A stretch of DNA of 63,835 nucleotides, filler included, from Octopus bimaculoides (taxonomy: Eukaryota), in the NCBI RefSeq assembly GCF_001194135.2. It is 8 parts of 8 records of this genome, joined end to end, with 100 filler letters (N's around TTAATTAATTAA, not from the genome) between each part and the next. Parts side by side here need not be neighbours in the genome. Positions count along the whole stretch, not along the records: positions 40,193 to 43,246 come from NC_068989.1; positions 43,347 to 46,660 come from NW_026331403.1; positions 46,761 to 53,484 come from NC_068990.1; 5 more parts are not named here. One strand, given 5' to 3'. Both the position numbers and the translations under genes were made by a program. The notes below the pieces were generated by a model, which was not told the DNA's origin, made no database searches, and saw only the letters and a program-made list of their open reading frames with translations. How positions within the stretch are numbered: the first letter of the stretch is position 1; the number at the start of each line of letters is the position of its first letter. Of this stretch, positions 40,200 through 53,213 are shown piece by piece.

Positions 40200-40600
40200 T
40201 AATTTTTCTCGTCTGGCCGTAAAGCCTTCTGTTTGTTTTCCTGTCTTGTTTTTCGTCCGCTACTACATTCCTCCATGGCTAGATTTAATTTGCGTATACA
40301 GATTTAATCTGCGATCCATGGGACGAGCCGTTTTAACGTTGCGTCCTGCCCGAAGCTCGTCGAAACGCCGGTGTTAAAACGTGGGTAGCTGAAGAAGTAG
40401 AATGTTCTCTATGTGGCTCGTGTGTTCTCGTCTACGTTTGTGTGCAATGTCCTGTACCCAGATATGCACCTATACATACAGGTGGATGTCGGTATGCACA
40501 TATTTGTCTTCAATTTGTTTGTTGTTAACACAACGTTTCGGCTGATATACCCTCCAGGTGTCTTGTGGAAATTTCAAACCTGAGTTCTTATTCCTAACGT
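40200..40600. mobile_element. Probable Penelope pLTR relic with two damaged hammerhead halves
   Basis: Plus strand: GACGAGC/GCTCGTC stem followed by GAAA-CGCCGGTGT (40322-40374). Minus strand: CTGGAGGGTATATCAGCC-GAAA-CGTT (40532-40557) with no CUGANGA core. Confidence 0.5.
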
Positions 40601-40609
40601 ATTTTTCGA

Positions 40610-40679
<70 letters not shown>

Positions 40680-40681
<2 letters not shown>

Positions 40682-40800
40682 ATAGTTTTATTTTTATAGC
40701 GGGCTTTCACTTCACTACCGAGCGCAGCTCTGTGTGTCTTGGGTATGTGCTGTGGTTTGCTGTGATGCTCTTGCGGTTACTGTATTGAAAGTTTTATTAT
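40680..40800 (-). mobile_element. 5'-truncated R4/Dong family 1 copy inside a (TTA)n array
   Basis: Reverse complement of 56940-57060; (TTA)n on both sides. Confidence 0.88.
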
Positions 40801-40802
40801 TA

Positions 40803-40863
<61 letters not shown>

Positions 40864-42489
40864 CATTATTCAGGTCACTGCCTCGAATCGCACTCGAAAT
40901 CAAATATCCGTCAAATGTAAATAATCTAAATAATGTAAATAATGTACATAATTCCTCATCTCTTAAATATAGATGTGTATATAAATCTGTGTTAAATATT
41001 TCTATTGATAATTGTCTTGATAATGTATAGGTAGGTTTTCTGTACATTTAAATATAAGATACTTTCACTTATCAGTATACATGCAGCAGACGATATTTTT
41101 TGTGTATTCCCGTCGTAATTTCTAAGAATCATAAACTCTTTACAAACGAAATATCTTTAAGCATTTTGTATGTATGTTTGAATGTCATTCAGTTTATTTC
41201 AAGATTTCTTGGCAATAAAGAACCGGTTTCTAACTTAGATCCAAGGCTCCTTCATTGGAATTTCAACAGAGTATATTTGTTTGTATGTATGCATGCATGT
41301 ATGTTATTATGCAATTTACTTCAAGATTTCTTGTCAATAGAGAAAGAACCGGATTCTAACCTAGATCAAAGGCTCCTTCATTGGAATTTTGACATCAACA
41401 GGGTATTTTTGTATGTATATATGTATGGCTGTGTGGTAAGCAGCTCGCTTCCGAACCACATGGTTCTGTGTTCAGTCCCACTGCGTAGCAACTTGGGCAA
41501 ATGTCTTCTACTATAACCTCGGACCAATAAAAACCTTGTGAGTGAATTTGGTAAACGGAAACTGAAACAATATATATATATATATATATATATANNNNNN
41601 NNNNNNNNNNNNNNNNNNNNNNNNNNNNNNNNNNNNNNNNNNNNNNNNNNNNNNNNNNNNNNNNNNNNNNNNNNNNNNNNNNNNNNNNNNNNNNNNNNNN
41701 NNNNNNNNNNNNNNNNNNNNNNNNNNNNNNNNNNNNNNNNNNNNNNNNNNNNNNNNNNNNNNNNNNNNNNNNNNNNNNNNNNNNNNNNTTAAGGAATGTC
41801 AACATCCGAACTTACAAGAATATTCAATTTAATAATATCAAATTGAATTTTATAATGAAAGATATATTAATAATTTAGAGAAGAACCACAAAGGTGCAAT
41901 CCAAAACAATGAAGGAGATCAGATACCATCAAGAAAAACGTGCCCTTCAAAATACTGATTAAAAAATATCTGTCAAGTTAACTTGACAGATGATTGTTAC
42001 TATAAAACCTTGACATTTTATGTATTGTACTAATAATTGCTTTCCTAAACGTACGGATATTTCTACTTTTTCCAATTTTATTTTATTTGCATTTATAAAT
42101 ATTAGTATACGTTTTTTGAATTTACATCTTTGGCTGTTGAATTTACAACTTTGAAGTTACACTTTGGCATAAATAGTTTGAGATTTGGTTCAGTAGAAAA
42201 AAGGTTACATCAAAATATCTGCGACCTCAATTGGGGAGGTGTGGCACCTATTCATATTCAATTAACATATTTTTTTTAATTTCAAAATAATAGTATACTT
42301 TTCTTAGAATAGAATAATTCATGAGGAATTCAGAATCGTTAGTCGCATTGAACAAAACTAGTAGAAAAAAAGTTATGAGGTGAAATGTCATGAAATTCAT
42401 TGTCAGGAAGTGAGGAAGTAAGACGTAACGCCCAAAGCAATAATGTTATTATAAGATAAGACTATATTTCTAAAATGAATGCTAGTGTT

Positions 42490-42770
42490 CTAACGCAGCG
42501 TGCTGACAGAAACGTTAGCACGCCGGGCGAAATTCTTAGCGGTATTTCGTCTGCCGCTACGTTCTGGGGTCGAATTTGCCTTTCATCCTTTTGGGGTCGA
42601 TTAAATAAGTACCAGTTACGCACTGGGGTAGATATAATGAAATTAATCTATTTGTCCCCTTTGTGTGTAGTAGTAAAGAAATAATAAATGTTATCGCGTC
42701 GGGCGAAAATCTTACCGGTATTTCGTCTGTCTTTTTGTTCTGTGTTCAAATTCCACCGAGGTCGACTTTA
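42490..42770 (+). mobile_element. SINE family B dimer, second unit truncated
   Basis: Same motifs as 59270-59700. Other copies at 1340-1520(-), 4045-4215(-), 11325-11480(-), 13925-14120(-), 16640-16810, 57078-57200(-) and 61040-61200. Confidence 0.82.
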
Positions 42771-43246
42771 CGTTTGGTATTTTGTATTTTTTAATTAAGT
42801 ATTTGATTAAGTTATTTTTAATATGCTGTTGAATAAGGGTAAGTTTAACTTTTATTATTAATTTTCTCTTTCAGCTTTGATTACCTTGCTTTCTGCTTTT
42901 TTTTTTTTTTTTGGCTTTCTTTGTTCTTTCCGGCTAGTTCGTTAATGTGTTATATGCTTCAGAGATGTGCATCTAAATTTATTTGGGCAGGAATATAGTC
43001 ATATTTGGCTGTGTCTCTATGAGCAGACCAGAAGGTATGTATTGAGGCTGTTCAGAAAAGGCTTTGCTAAAATTAGGGATAAAATTCTGAAAGTAACGAG
43101 ATGAAAAATAAAACCTTTTACCATCTATTTTTCTGGACTAATTGGTTTCTGACTTTAGTTTAGCAAATAAGATAATTTGCTAGGTGAAGTCGTCTTTAAC
43201 AGGTACACCTTAGATTAAAATATATAAACGTGACGACTTCACCTAG

Positions 43247-43346
43247 NNNNNNNNNNNNNNNNNNNNNNNNNNNNNNNNNNNNNNNNNNNNTTAATTAATT
43301 AANNNNNNNNNNNNNNNNNNNNNNNNNNNNNNNNNNNNNNNNNNNN
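43247..43346. other. Assembly join
   Basis: Linker at 43291-43302. Confidence 0.95.
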
Positions 43347-43384
<38 letters not shown>

Positions 43385-44047
43385 GCGCGCGCGCGTACGT
43401 GTGTGTGTGCATGTGTGCGTGTGTGCGTGTGTGTGTGTAAATATATATACATACATGCAAGCATATACGCTGATATTAATTTATTAACGTACATAATATA
43501 CACAAATATGTATGTCAATATATCATGTTAACACATGATATATGTGTGCATGAATAGCGGTTCGTATATACGCATGCTTGTATGTATTCATTTACGCAAA
43601 GATATGTATACATATTTTAAACATGCATTCTTAAATATACATTTTTCAATAAATGTAGACAAATGAGTATATATTCTCCAATATATATCAGGTATATAAT
43701 ACGTGTATATGTGTGTGTGTGTGTGTGTATGTACGTACGTGTATGTATGTATCTATGCATGCATACATGTATATATGTATGTATGTTTGCATGCATGCAT
43801 ATATGTATGAATTTACGTGTTTATCTATTTATCTATCTATATTATACACCTGTTTATTTTGGAGTATAACATATGAGATGTACATCCATCCATTTGTGTA
43901 TGGGTATTTGAGAAAAGTATATCTAAGTATAGATACTTGAATATGTATGTATACATATACATAAATGAATGTATAGAAGCGTGCATAAAGACAAACCGCT
44001 ATATATATAAATGCATATATGTAACTGTATATATACGTATACATATA

Positions 44048-44080
<33 letters not shown>

Positions 44081-44096
44081 GATATATATGTATATG

Positions 44097-44128
<32 letters not shown>

Positions 44129-44155
44129 GATATATACTGTATATCTATTTATCCT

Positions 44156-44218
<63 letters not shown>

Positions 44219-44597
44219 NNNNNNNNNNNNNNNNNNNNNNNNNNNNNNNNNNNNNNNNNNNNNNNNNNNNNNNNNNNNNNNNNNNNNNNNNNNNNNNNNN
44301 NNNNNNNNNNNNNNNNNNNNNNNNNNNNNNNNNNNNNNNNNNNNNNNNNNNNNNNNNNNNNNNNNNNNNNNNNNNNNNNNNNNNNNNNNNNNNNNNNNNN
44401 NNNNNNNNNNNNNNNNNNNNNNNNNNNNNNNNNNNNNNNNNNNNNNNNNNNNNNNNNNNNNNNNNNNNNNNNNNNNNNNNNNNNNNNNNNNNNNNNNNNN
44501 NNNNNNNNNNNNNNNNNNNNNNNNNNNNNNNNNNNNNNNNNNNNNNNNNNNNNNNNNNNNNNNNNNNNNNNNNNNNNNNNNNNNNNNNNNNNNNNNN

Positions 44598-44630
<33 letters not shown>

Positions 44631-46660
44631 TACATATATATATATATACATATCTATATAAATACATGTATATATATAAATATATATGTGTGTGTGTATG
44701 TGTGTGTGTATACGTATACATATATACATATGTATTGAACGAACTGAAGATATACTAAAACCTGAATATACACTTTAAGTTGCGTATTTGCGTTTGCTTG
44801 TATTTGCGAGCGCGTTGTGTATCCTTTTACGTATACGTATATGGGTATGTATATGAATATACATGTGTGTGTAATGTATATACATACATACATACATACA
44901 TACATACATACATACATAGTGCTGATATCTACTAATATGTATTTGAATATCAATATGTATATATATATATATATATATATATTCATATATTTTAGTAAAT
45001 ATGTGTGTTTATGTTTATAGATATACTTGTATACCCAAATATATCTATTCACCTTTGTCTCTCTTTCACTCTCTCTTTCTCTCTCTATCTATCTATCCAT
45101 CTGTTTATATTATTTAAGTGCAAGTTTTTTTTTCATATTTGTATTATATATTCTAATTCATCTAACTATACGCATCTGTGCATGTATACATATGCAATTA
45201 TAAGCATGTATATGTACACATTTATATCTGTGGACCTGTGTGACTATAGATCTTATGCAATATTCGTATATGTATATATTAAGTATATACATCTGTCTGT
45301 TTGTTCGTAGGAATAAATATTTTTATGTAAACCATAATTCAATGGCTAAACCTTTGCGATTCAACTATAACTTAACTTATAATTCTAAAATCATTTAAAA
45401 TTTATTCCTACCATTCAATCAACATCCCTGAATTCCGTACATTTCTTTTGCCTCAAAGATAAAATTCCAAAGATATTAACTTCAAAGAAATTGAAGTTTT
45501 ATGGAATTCTAAAATTTCCTTCATATCTTTTTTCTCTCTGTCTATTTGATGTTCATTTGATGCGGAATTCTCATGTTTCCCTTTGTGTATATACGTGTCT
45601 ATACACGTAGTCTTTCTTACCTCTGACAATGACTGAGGCACTGTCTATCAGCCGTCAATATGTTTTCTATTCCTCCAGGTGGCCTAGAATGGATTGGATA
45701 TGTATAGAGGTTGCTGTTGTTGTGTAACCTCAGGTTAGCCTTGATTGAGCAGATTGCAGAGTTATGATGAAAGGCATTCCAAACATGACCGCCTCGAAAG
45801 TCAGAGCATTCAGGATTGTATCATCCAAAGTGTCCTCCTTAAATTTTAAGAAGGTGCAGTGTAATTTGAGGGAAATTTGGCTGCTGCTTTTATCGATTTG
45901 CGTGACTGTATAGATGGTCTTTCGTTGAATCATACATTTTCAAGTTGTCTTTACCATCCTCCCCAACTTCTCCTCCATGTGTATAAACACACACAGACAC
46001 GCGCAAACACACATAATATATTACATGTATGTGTATATAGATAATATATATTTATATAAAGTATATATATATATATATATATATATGAATAATATTACAT
46101 GTACAAACGCACACGTACATATATACGCATATACATACANNNNNNNNNNNNNNNNNNNNNNNNNNNNNNNNNNNNNNNNNNNNNNNNNNNNNNNNNNNNN
46201 NNNNNNNNNNNNNNNNNNNNNNNNNNNNNNNNNNNNNNNNNNNNNNNNAACATATTTATCTTCTTCAATATATATTTCAGTATAAAGAATTCATTAAGAG
46301 ACTTAATAAATCAAAATTGCTTTACACATCTTCAGGAATAAATATAACATCAGAAAAACTACATTCGGTTTAAAAATACAAAACATTCATGGCGAAAAAA
46401 TTTCATAATTACAAAAACCGAACAAAATTTTTAAAGTTTTAGCAAAAAGAACGCTATTACCTACATGCACGCATCCGTGTGTACGCCCGTACACATACGC
46501 ACACACGTTCATGCGCGCACACGTGCACGTTCACATCCATATGCATGCATACACAAACAAGCAAAATTCACAAGCCATAAACACATACACACACATAGAC
46601 ACACACACATACACACACATACACACGCACACATACATCCACATACATATATATATATAT

Positions 46661-46760
46661 NNNNNNNNNNNNNNNNNNNNNNNNNNNNNNNNNNNNNNNN
46701 NNNNTTAATTAATTAANNNNNNNNNNNNNNNNNNNNNNNNNNNNNNNNNNNNNNNNNNNN
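46661..46760. other. Assembly join
   Basis: Linker at 46705-46716. Confidence 0.95.
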
Positions 46761-46796
46761 CGATAGCGTAAATCGATAGACGTCCTACCTTCTCAC

Positions 46797-47170
<374 letters not shown>

Positions 47171-48954
47171 AGTAGGTGTTGCTTTTATTATAGCCGGTGC
47201 TAAACATGTCAGTTATATTCCTTGTCTTGTTTGAACTACTCAATTAAAATATTTCGCCCTGAGTAGTTTTCACTTCTCAAACAAACATGTGGAATTTCAA
47301 AATGGAAGTGATTCCAGAATTGTATTTACTGCAAACTAACGTAACATCTTTTATGTAAAGCCATACATGAAACGGCTTTCTAGCCAAATGACATTCACAA
47401 CATCGAGAAAATGGAATGCTTTTTAAAATTATCGATTTTAAATGGGATATATTGTATACTTGTGTGATATTTGCTCGATTTATGTATTCCGTCTATTCTT
47501 TCAAATCATAAAGGGTGTGTCTTGAAGTACAGATTATGGATTCGCTCGAGAAACCTGATGCAATCGAGTTTCTGCTTCATACTTTTCACTTGAAAACTGT
47601 AAGTCGGTAACTTAATCCATAATATTTCAGTGAATTCATCCTTCATCTCAGGAAGTAAATATAAAGATTAATATGACGCTAACTATTGCAGCTTCATCAA
47701 TGAAGTTTACTTTCATTTCTCATTATGGTTCGTGTAGTATTATTGGAAACTCTCTGACGTTCTCTACTAGAATATTGAACAATAAAATCCTCTTTATCCA
47801 AGAGAATAGTTTATACTCTCCTTTATAAGAGCGCAGTTACTTGAGTCTATAAGGCATCAATATTTCCAACCGACACGCTCATCGTATTCTGAGATTAAAT
47901 ACATATATGTGCAGCGTCCTAGTGTGTCTAGATCTAAGAGAGGTTGGGTATTGCTGTCTACATCTCTAAAACGAGCAGAATTACCTCACCTCCCTAAGCA
48001 GCGGGAAAACTTTATGCGGAACACACAGCTGGTCACTTGACTTGCTATGAATTGCAGCCAAATCACCCTAGTGTCTTAAAAATAATGACGACGCATGAGA
48101 TAACGTCTAAAAAGACGGGATGTTTACAGTTGGAATCTCTCTAATCATAGATTCACTCAAGATTGACCGGGACTAAACAACAACAACAAGATGATAGAAC
48201 TCTAAATTCAGTGATTGTTTCTGGGCGGAAAGGGCTCTGTTAAGCTGATCCTTCTTGGATTGAAATATGACCTTATCAAGGTTCAAGGAATGAAATCTAG
48301 ACAGGAATTGAATTCAAAATATTGATCCCTTATTGAATAATTAATTAATACACTTCTAAATCAAATCAAATATTATTTTCATTACATCAAAATTGTCTGC
48401 AACTATTCTTGTTCATTCACCAGAAAGGATATTTTACTTTTTTTTTTTTTTTTTGGTAGGTAGGCTACAAATTTTACTCGGTTCAAAGTTTCGCTGTATT
48501 TTAATGCTATGGTTAAATTATGAAATATATTTTCGATCAAATAACTATAATTATTATAATTAAAATCATATTCAGGAATATTTCTGGAAAGAGTTGTAAA
48601 TTCTCAGATTACATTTAATAAATTGGATGTGTTTTATTTTCATGTTTTAAAAAAAAGGTGGAGAGAACTTATTTCAAGAGCTATCAACGAAAAGCATTTA
48701 CTCTTTATAAAAACTAATCTCAAATTATTGCAATATTCCAGATTAGTATCAAAATTATAAGGGTGTTCATTTTTAACTATACATGCATACATACATACAT
48801 ACATACATAAACACAAACACACATACACACATAGACACAAACACACGTACATACAAAGACACAAACACGCATACATACATAGGCACAAACATACATACAT
48901 GCATGCATACATACATACATACATACATACATACATACATACATACATACGTAT

Positions 48955-49750
48955 CATCAGATGAAAGGATAAGCCTATATGAGCAGAAGACTACGTTTAG
49001 ATATGTTAGTAGAAAGCTCCGACATGACAGTAACATTGATCATCAAAGCAGTCTATCATGGACTAATAGCTGGATTACTACATCCCACTTGGAAGGGTCA
49101 ACCAATTACCTGATGCACAAAAAGGATAGAGATGCGGTAAAAGCAGTAAAATGTGACAACCGATGCAGACTTTGTGGAGATAACACTGAGGATATCTACC
49201 ACATCATAAGCAGTTGTCCAAAAATGTCATCACAAAATTATCTACCGATGAGACATGATGTTGTAGCTAGGATACTCTATAATGAAATCCATCGGTAGGA
49301 TAACCCGAGTACAAAGAAATAAGAGCCCTCAGTATGGTAGAAGCTATAGCTACGTATAATAAAAAGGAGTACTGGTGGAATATCCCAGTGAAGACCTCAA
49401 TAAAATGTAAGCACAACATACCTGATATAATGATTTGGGATAGAGAAGACAAATTGTGTTCAGTTATGGAAATTAGCTGTCCAGCAGATGTTAAGATAAA
49501 GCTGAAGATCAAGATCAAAGAAAAAGAGAATACCTACGCTGAACTATTCATATCTCTGCAGTTACTCTATCCAGATTTATACCTGTAATTATTGGAGTCC
49601 TGGGATATGTAACACACTACCTAAATACCAATCTTGAAAAATTAGGCTTCTCAAAATCAGACAGAAGAAAGCTAATTCGAAGACCACAGATCCAACCCAT
49701 CACTGGAACTGTAAAAATCTGTAAAACTTTCCAGGCATTTATCATTTAAA
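48955..49750 (+). mobile_element. RLE LINE 3' portion (CCHC knuckle plus RLE), a distinct family
   Basis: CRLCGDNTEDIYHIISSCPKMS...RHDVVARILY, then WWNIPVKT...HNIPDIMIWD...EISCPAD. 5' end abuts (CATA)n. Confidence 0.88.
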
Positions 49751-49864
49751 TATATATTAGTATGTATAAATATGCAACTATATGCATGAGAACATATAAA
49801 TAAAGCAAAACATAGAAGTATGCATGGTGGTTGTCTACTCCTTATACAGAGTTTGACCACCTCC

Positions 49865-50695
49865 TGTACCTACAGCTTAGCACCATCATGGCGTCTGATG
49901 TGGCTTTTTAAACCAGACAATGTTCTGAAAAGACACCTACATAGATTGCACCTCCGATTTGGACCACCAATACCTGCAGATAAGTTCTGCTCTTTGTGGA
50001 TCTTCACATTCTTTTGAGGCCTCCATTGGATTTGCAAACCTTCTGGCATACACTGCATTCAAATGTGTGCACAGACATATAGTCAGAATAGTTGGTGGAG
50101 GTTCGTTTTCCATGTGTTCGTAGATGAGATTTGAGGTCAGCCAAAGACAAGCATGGTCTGTCACAGACTGTGCACACAGAAATGTCATTGTCATTCATCA
50201 TCTAGATCGTTACATTCTTCCTTAGATCTCATTTGAATTTAACTGGCGTTATCTTCAACCGCTTTTACTCCACTCCACACCTTTGTTCGCCATCCACCTC
50301 GATCCAAAGCAAGGGTTTCTATATCTTCTGGAACCATTCCAAGTGAATCCATAGTAGTCTTTATGCCGTCCTTAAACCTTTTTTTAAGTTTACTCCGATA
50401 GCGTTTCCCTTCTGCAAGCTCACGATAAAACAGCTGTTTCGGTATGCGTTCCTCTGCCATTCGAACAATATAGACACACCATCTCAATTGGTTCCTCAAA
50501 ATCATAGCTTTAATTGAGGTGATGCCTGCAGAAGCAAGGATATCTGTATTTGGTGTAAAAGAACTCCATTTAATTTTTAAAATGCGACGAAGGCATTTTT
50601 GGTGGAATTGTTCTAACAGTTTAAAATGCCTTTCATAACAAGTCCAAGTTTCGCAGGAATACAACAGGGATAATAAGACAAATTCTGACATACCT
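49865..50695 (-). mobile_element. RTE LINE 3' end with three C2H2 zinc-finger remnants
   Basis: SLLYSCETWTCY...FHQKCLRRILKIKW...LRW..IVRMAEERIPKQLFY, then CTVCDRPC..LKSHLRTH, CSVCQKVCKSNGGLKR and CNLC..FRTLSGLKSHIRRH in shifted frames. Confidence 0.88.
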
Positions 50696-50699
50696 TTTC

Positions 50700-51178
50700 A
50701 ATCTTCCAGCTGGAAGGCACAGCTTTCCACAGGTTGCAAATGATCTGTAGTGATCAATAGCCGTATCACAATTTCCAAGGGTTTGATTCCTATGAGTTCT
50801 CTGATGGTTGACCATCAAAATAAAAGCAACACTTCCTCATTCTACACAGCTTCATTCTTTCTAAGCCATCTCCTGATCTTTTCGTATTTCATTCTCTCTC
50901 TTTCAAACTTCGAACAGTCACTGTGCATGCTTTTCCTCCATCCACTTCAATCTTGTGTCGCTGTCTCCCAATCAACATCTGAAACTCCTGTCTGTGTCAG
51001 AGCAATTCTGAGGCAGTCCTCTGGGGGTTTATGTGCTGGCCTCCTACCATCTTCCCGCTCACCATACAAATGTTGCTTAGGAAGTCTTTCATCATTCATT
51101 CTCACCAGATGTCCACCCCACCTGAAACGACTTTGCAGAATCATCGAATCTACACTCCCACTACCATTTATCTCAAGT
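50700..51178 (-). mobile_element. Second RTE LINE 3' fragment in tandem
   Basis: MILQSRFRWGGHLVRMNDERLPKQHLYGE...DWETATQD, plus a degenerate zinc-finger remnant. Confidence 0.82.
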
Positions 51179-51193
51179 ACCTCCCCATTACTG

Positions 51194-51234
<41 letters not shown>

Positions 51235-51237
<3 letters not shown>

Positions 51238-52713
51238 TGCAGTACGATCGTTTCAAGTGACTCCATTTAATTGAACAATACAACCATTTATTCCTTTCCT
51301 AAAGTGTTCCACTCTCCTGATCTTAGTATTTATAAGGGCCTTTATGTAAGTAGCCCTTCTAATGAAGTACCCCTAAGAAACTATAATATGTTAATCATGT
51401 ATGGATTAACACTAAAAACTTTTAAAACCTATATTATACCTTTTAGTTTCTAATTAATATATAGTTAGTATGTCCTATAACATCAATATTCCTTTAGTTA
51501 ATACCAGGTATCGGTCTTTATAGATACAAACTAAATAAGTAAATAAACAATTTTTAGTTTAAATACTTGAATTATTATACATTTTCTATAAATCTTCTGT
51601 ATTGATGTTAATAAGGTATATATACTTCATCATGGTTTTAGTGATTAGACTATTTTATTCCTTTTCTATGGTGTTCTATCCTACCTGATCATTTTATTAT
51701 TTTATAATAGCCTTTATGAAATAAACATAATTTTTGTACCCGTAGAAATTCATACTTAGCTTACATATAACAGTATCGGTATCTTCACAACTTATAATAA
51801 ACTGCTTAGATTATAATTTAATTAATATATAGTTAGCGTGTTCTTTCACCTCAGTACTCCTTTATAAAATACCAGTAAATGCCAATGATCAATCTTCATA
51901 GATACCATCTAATAAGTTAATATTTAAGTATATAATATGAATAAATATTAAACTATGTCTATGTAATTTCTTTCCTCCCTCTATTGTGGTAAATTTTGGT
52001 ATAAACTCAAAAGTATTCAAAAAGTGTATCCTTTTGAATATAATATTCTTCTTAATATTCTTCTTGATAACCCTAAATTTTAACTTTATACAGTATAGCA
52101 ATATTGTTTAAAGTATTCAACTATACTACCCATGATAAAATTTCCCTTGCATTATCATCATTTTTTTACTAGAGTCTTGCCCCTTTAATTGATAACTAAC
52201 ATCTTGATTTAAGATTTTCCTCTATCAAATCTCATCATATAGCTTCAAATTAATCTTAATAATTTTATGACTATACCCACTATGATTTCTGTCGACTCCC
52301 TAAGCCCCTTTCCGAACAGACACTGCTCCTTGTTCCTTGGCCTTAGATTTTGATATACAAAGATTTGATAAACAAGACTATAAATTAAAACTGACCCCAA
52401 AAAATAGGGACAAGCTAGATCTCTAACAAGTCTTTTTTCCTGATACCTTAGTAGCTTCTAAGCTGAAGTGAAGACATTATGATCTTTCTTGGACGTTTTA
52501 GGTAAAATTATACTAATGTGTCCATCTGTTTTAATTTAATTCTATGTATTTATGCAGCTGATGATTGCTCTGCATTTAAATTGATGTAATGGTTGCATTG
52601 TTCAGTTNNNNNNNNNNGTATTTATGCAGCTGATGATTGCTCTGCATTTAAATTGATGTAATGGTTGCATTGTTCAGTTAAATGGAATCGCTTGAAACGA
52701 TCGTACTGCATTA
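51235..52713. mobile_element. 1.48-kb element with 54-bp inverted termini and a degenerate interior of unassigned class
   Basis: 51235-51288 and 52660-52713 are reverse complements with 4 transition differences. TA at both outer ends; the left end abuts (TA)n. The interior has many stops in the frames read by eye. Confidence 0.65.
52624..52711 (+). ncRNA. Type I hammerhead ribozyme motif with imperfect stem II base
   Basis: ATGCAG-CTGATGA...GAAA-CGATCG-TA-CTGCAT. 6-bp stem I, palindromic stem III ACGATCGT, GUA triplet. Stem II contains CATTTAA/TTAAATG and ATGTAA/TTGCAT hairpins, but its base is mismatched. Confidence 0.7.
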
Positions 52714-52851
52714 CCTCTGGATATCCTGTTGTTTATTTTGATATTAATCACCTTACTTTGAAATTGTATGGATAATACCGTGCTAAATTCTGGTACCTCA
52801 ACTTACGTACCTAATTCATCTGAATCTAAATTTTTGTGTGTATATACATAC

Positions 52852-52951
<100 letters not shown>

Positions 52952-53017
52952 ATATATATAGCAATAAGAAAATGTATCTTACAGCTGTTTCAGCTAATAG
53001 GAATAATATAATACACC

Positions 53018-53072
<55 letters not shown>

Positions 53073-53213
53073 TGATTCCTTTGTATGCATATAAATACAT
53101 ATAAATATATATTATGTGTGTTTATGTATTTTTATGTACATGTATGTATATGTAAAAGTGTGTATATATGTATGTATTTATATTTATAACTTAACCTTAT
53201 GAACTTTCTAAAC

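Noticed and set aside
41193-41400. Two ~80-bp direct repeats
   Set aside because: Looks like a small tandem interspersed repeat separated by (TGCA/TGTA)n; no further structure supported.
47535-47600. Possible plus-strand exon IMDSLEKPDAIEFLLHTFHLKT with a GTAAGT donor
   Set aside because: Weak acceptor, no recognisable homology and no partner exon.
51290-52560. Confident Tc1/mariner transposase call for the inverted-repeat element interior
   Set aside because: Only short reverted motifs with wrong spacing; equally weak Penelope- and RTE-like readings exist. Left unassigned.
52548-52678. Apparent tandem pair of hammerhead 5' halves (two CTGATGA cores)
   Set aside because: The 60-bp duplication sits exactly across a 10-N gap, typical of an unmerged overlap. 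It cannot be taken as a real dimer without reads.
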